Below, one piece after another: positions 63,495-64,000 of a stretch of 64,000 nucleotides of DNA; within the stretch, counting starts at the first letter, position 1; every line of letters starts with the position of its first letter. A model generated the notes under the pieces. It was not told where the DNA came from. It did no database searches and worked only from the letters and a program-made list of their open reading frames with translations. This DNA comes from Octopus vulgaris (Eukaryota). Where the stretch lies: contig CATOCA020000002.1 of NCBI GenBank assembly GCA_951406725.2, positions 186,001-250,000 on the forward strand. Direction: 5' to 3'. The position numbers were made by a program, and so were the translations under genes.

Positions 63495-63640
63495 CTCATC
63501 ATCATTTAATATCCATTGTCCATGCTGGCATAGGTTGACCGGCTTGATTAGAGCTGGCAAGCTGAGGAGTTGCACCAGACTTCAGTTTGATTTGGCATGG
63601 TTTCCACGGCTGGGTGCCCTTCCTAACGCCAACCACTTTA
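63495..63640 (-). mobile_element. RTE 3' tail
   Basis: gcccttcctaacgccaaccac. Confidence 0.75.
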
Positions 63641-64000
63641 GATATATATATAAATTTATAGAACATAAAAAAAAAACAAAGACAGATGTATGAACAAGTA
63701 AGTGTATTAACTTGATGCTCGGGAAAAATGAAAAAGTTTTTTGTTTCAAGCCTACACTCTTCAAAAGAAAGAAATAAGAGAAAATAAACAGAGAGAGAAT
63801 GAAAAAAATTATAGATTTCAGTGGTGCAACATGGTGAATGGGTCGAAAAACAAAAGAGGTTGAAAGAAAGGAAGATGATAATAAAAAAGAAGTTGGATGA
63901 ACAATATACATCATGGCTTCCATCCAGGAAGAAGTTGCCTCAGACAACTCCTACTGCACTATGACTGAGTTTTGAAACAACTATTTCACCATTTAGATGT

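Overview
AT-rich animal genomic DNA, probably octopus-like (inferred from the SINE types, RTE tails and (TA)n density), made up almost entirely of nested transposable elements embedded in (TA)n/(CA)n microsatellites. No host protein-coding exon was recognised. It contains RTE LINEs (one near-complete, two with 5' inversions, many 3' tails), CR1-like LINEs, one Hero/R2-like LINE, at least eight Penelope-like element (PLE) fragments of two clades (Naiad-like CxCx5C type and Neptune-like), tRNA-derived SINEs, a Tc1 element with its MITE, a rosa/DD41D-like transposon and Helitrons. The main hidden signal is about 20 type-I hammerhead ribozyme (HHR) motifs, found by eye, typically with a palindromic minimal stem III and an unusually long stem/loop II. 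Some lie in PLE pseudo-LTRs. Others lie in ORF-less 0.4-0.6 kb units arranged as tandem and fold-back arrays, and in two cases the array or arm starts within a few nucleotides of the predicted self-cleavage site. This suggests a retrozyme-like, possibly circular-RNA, non-autonomous system mobilised by PLEs. All coordinates and folds were read manually and element boundaries are approximate.
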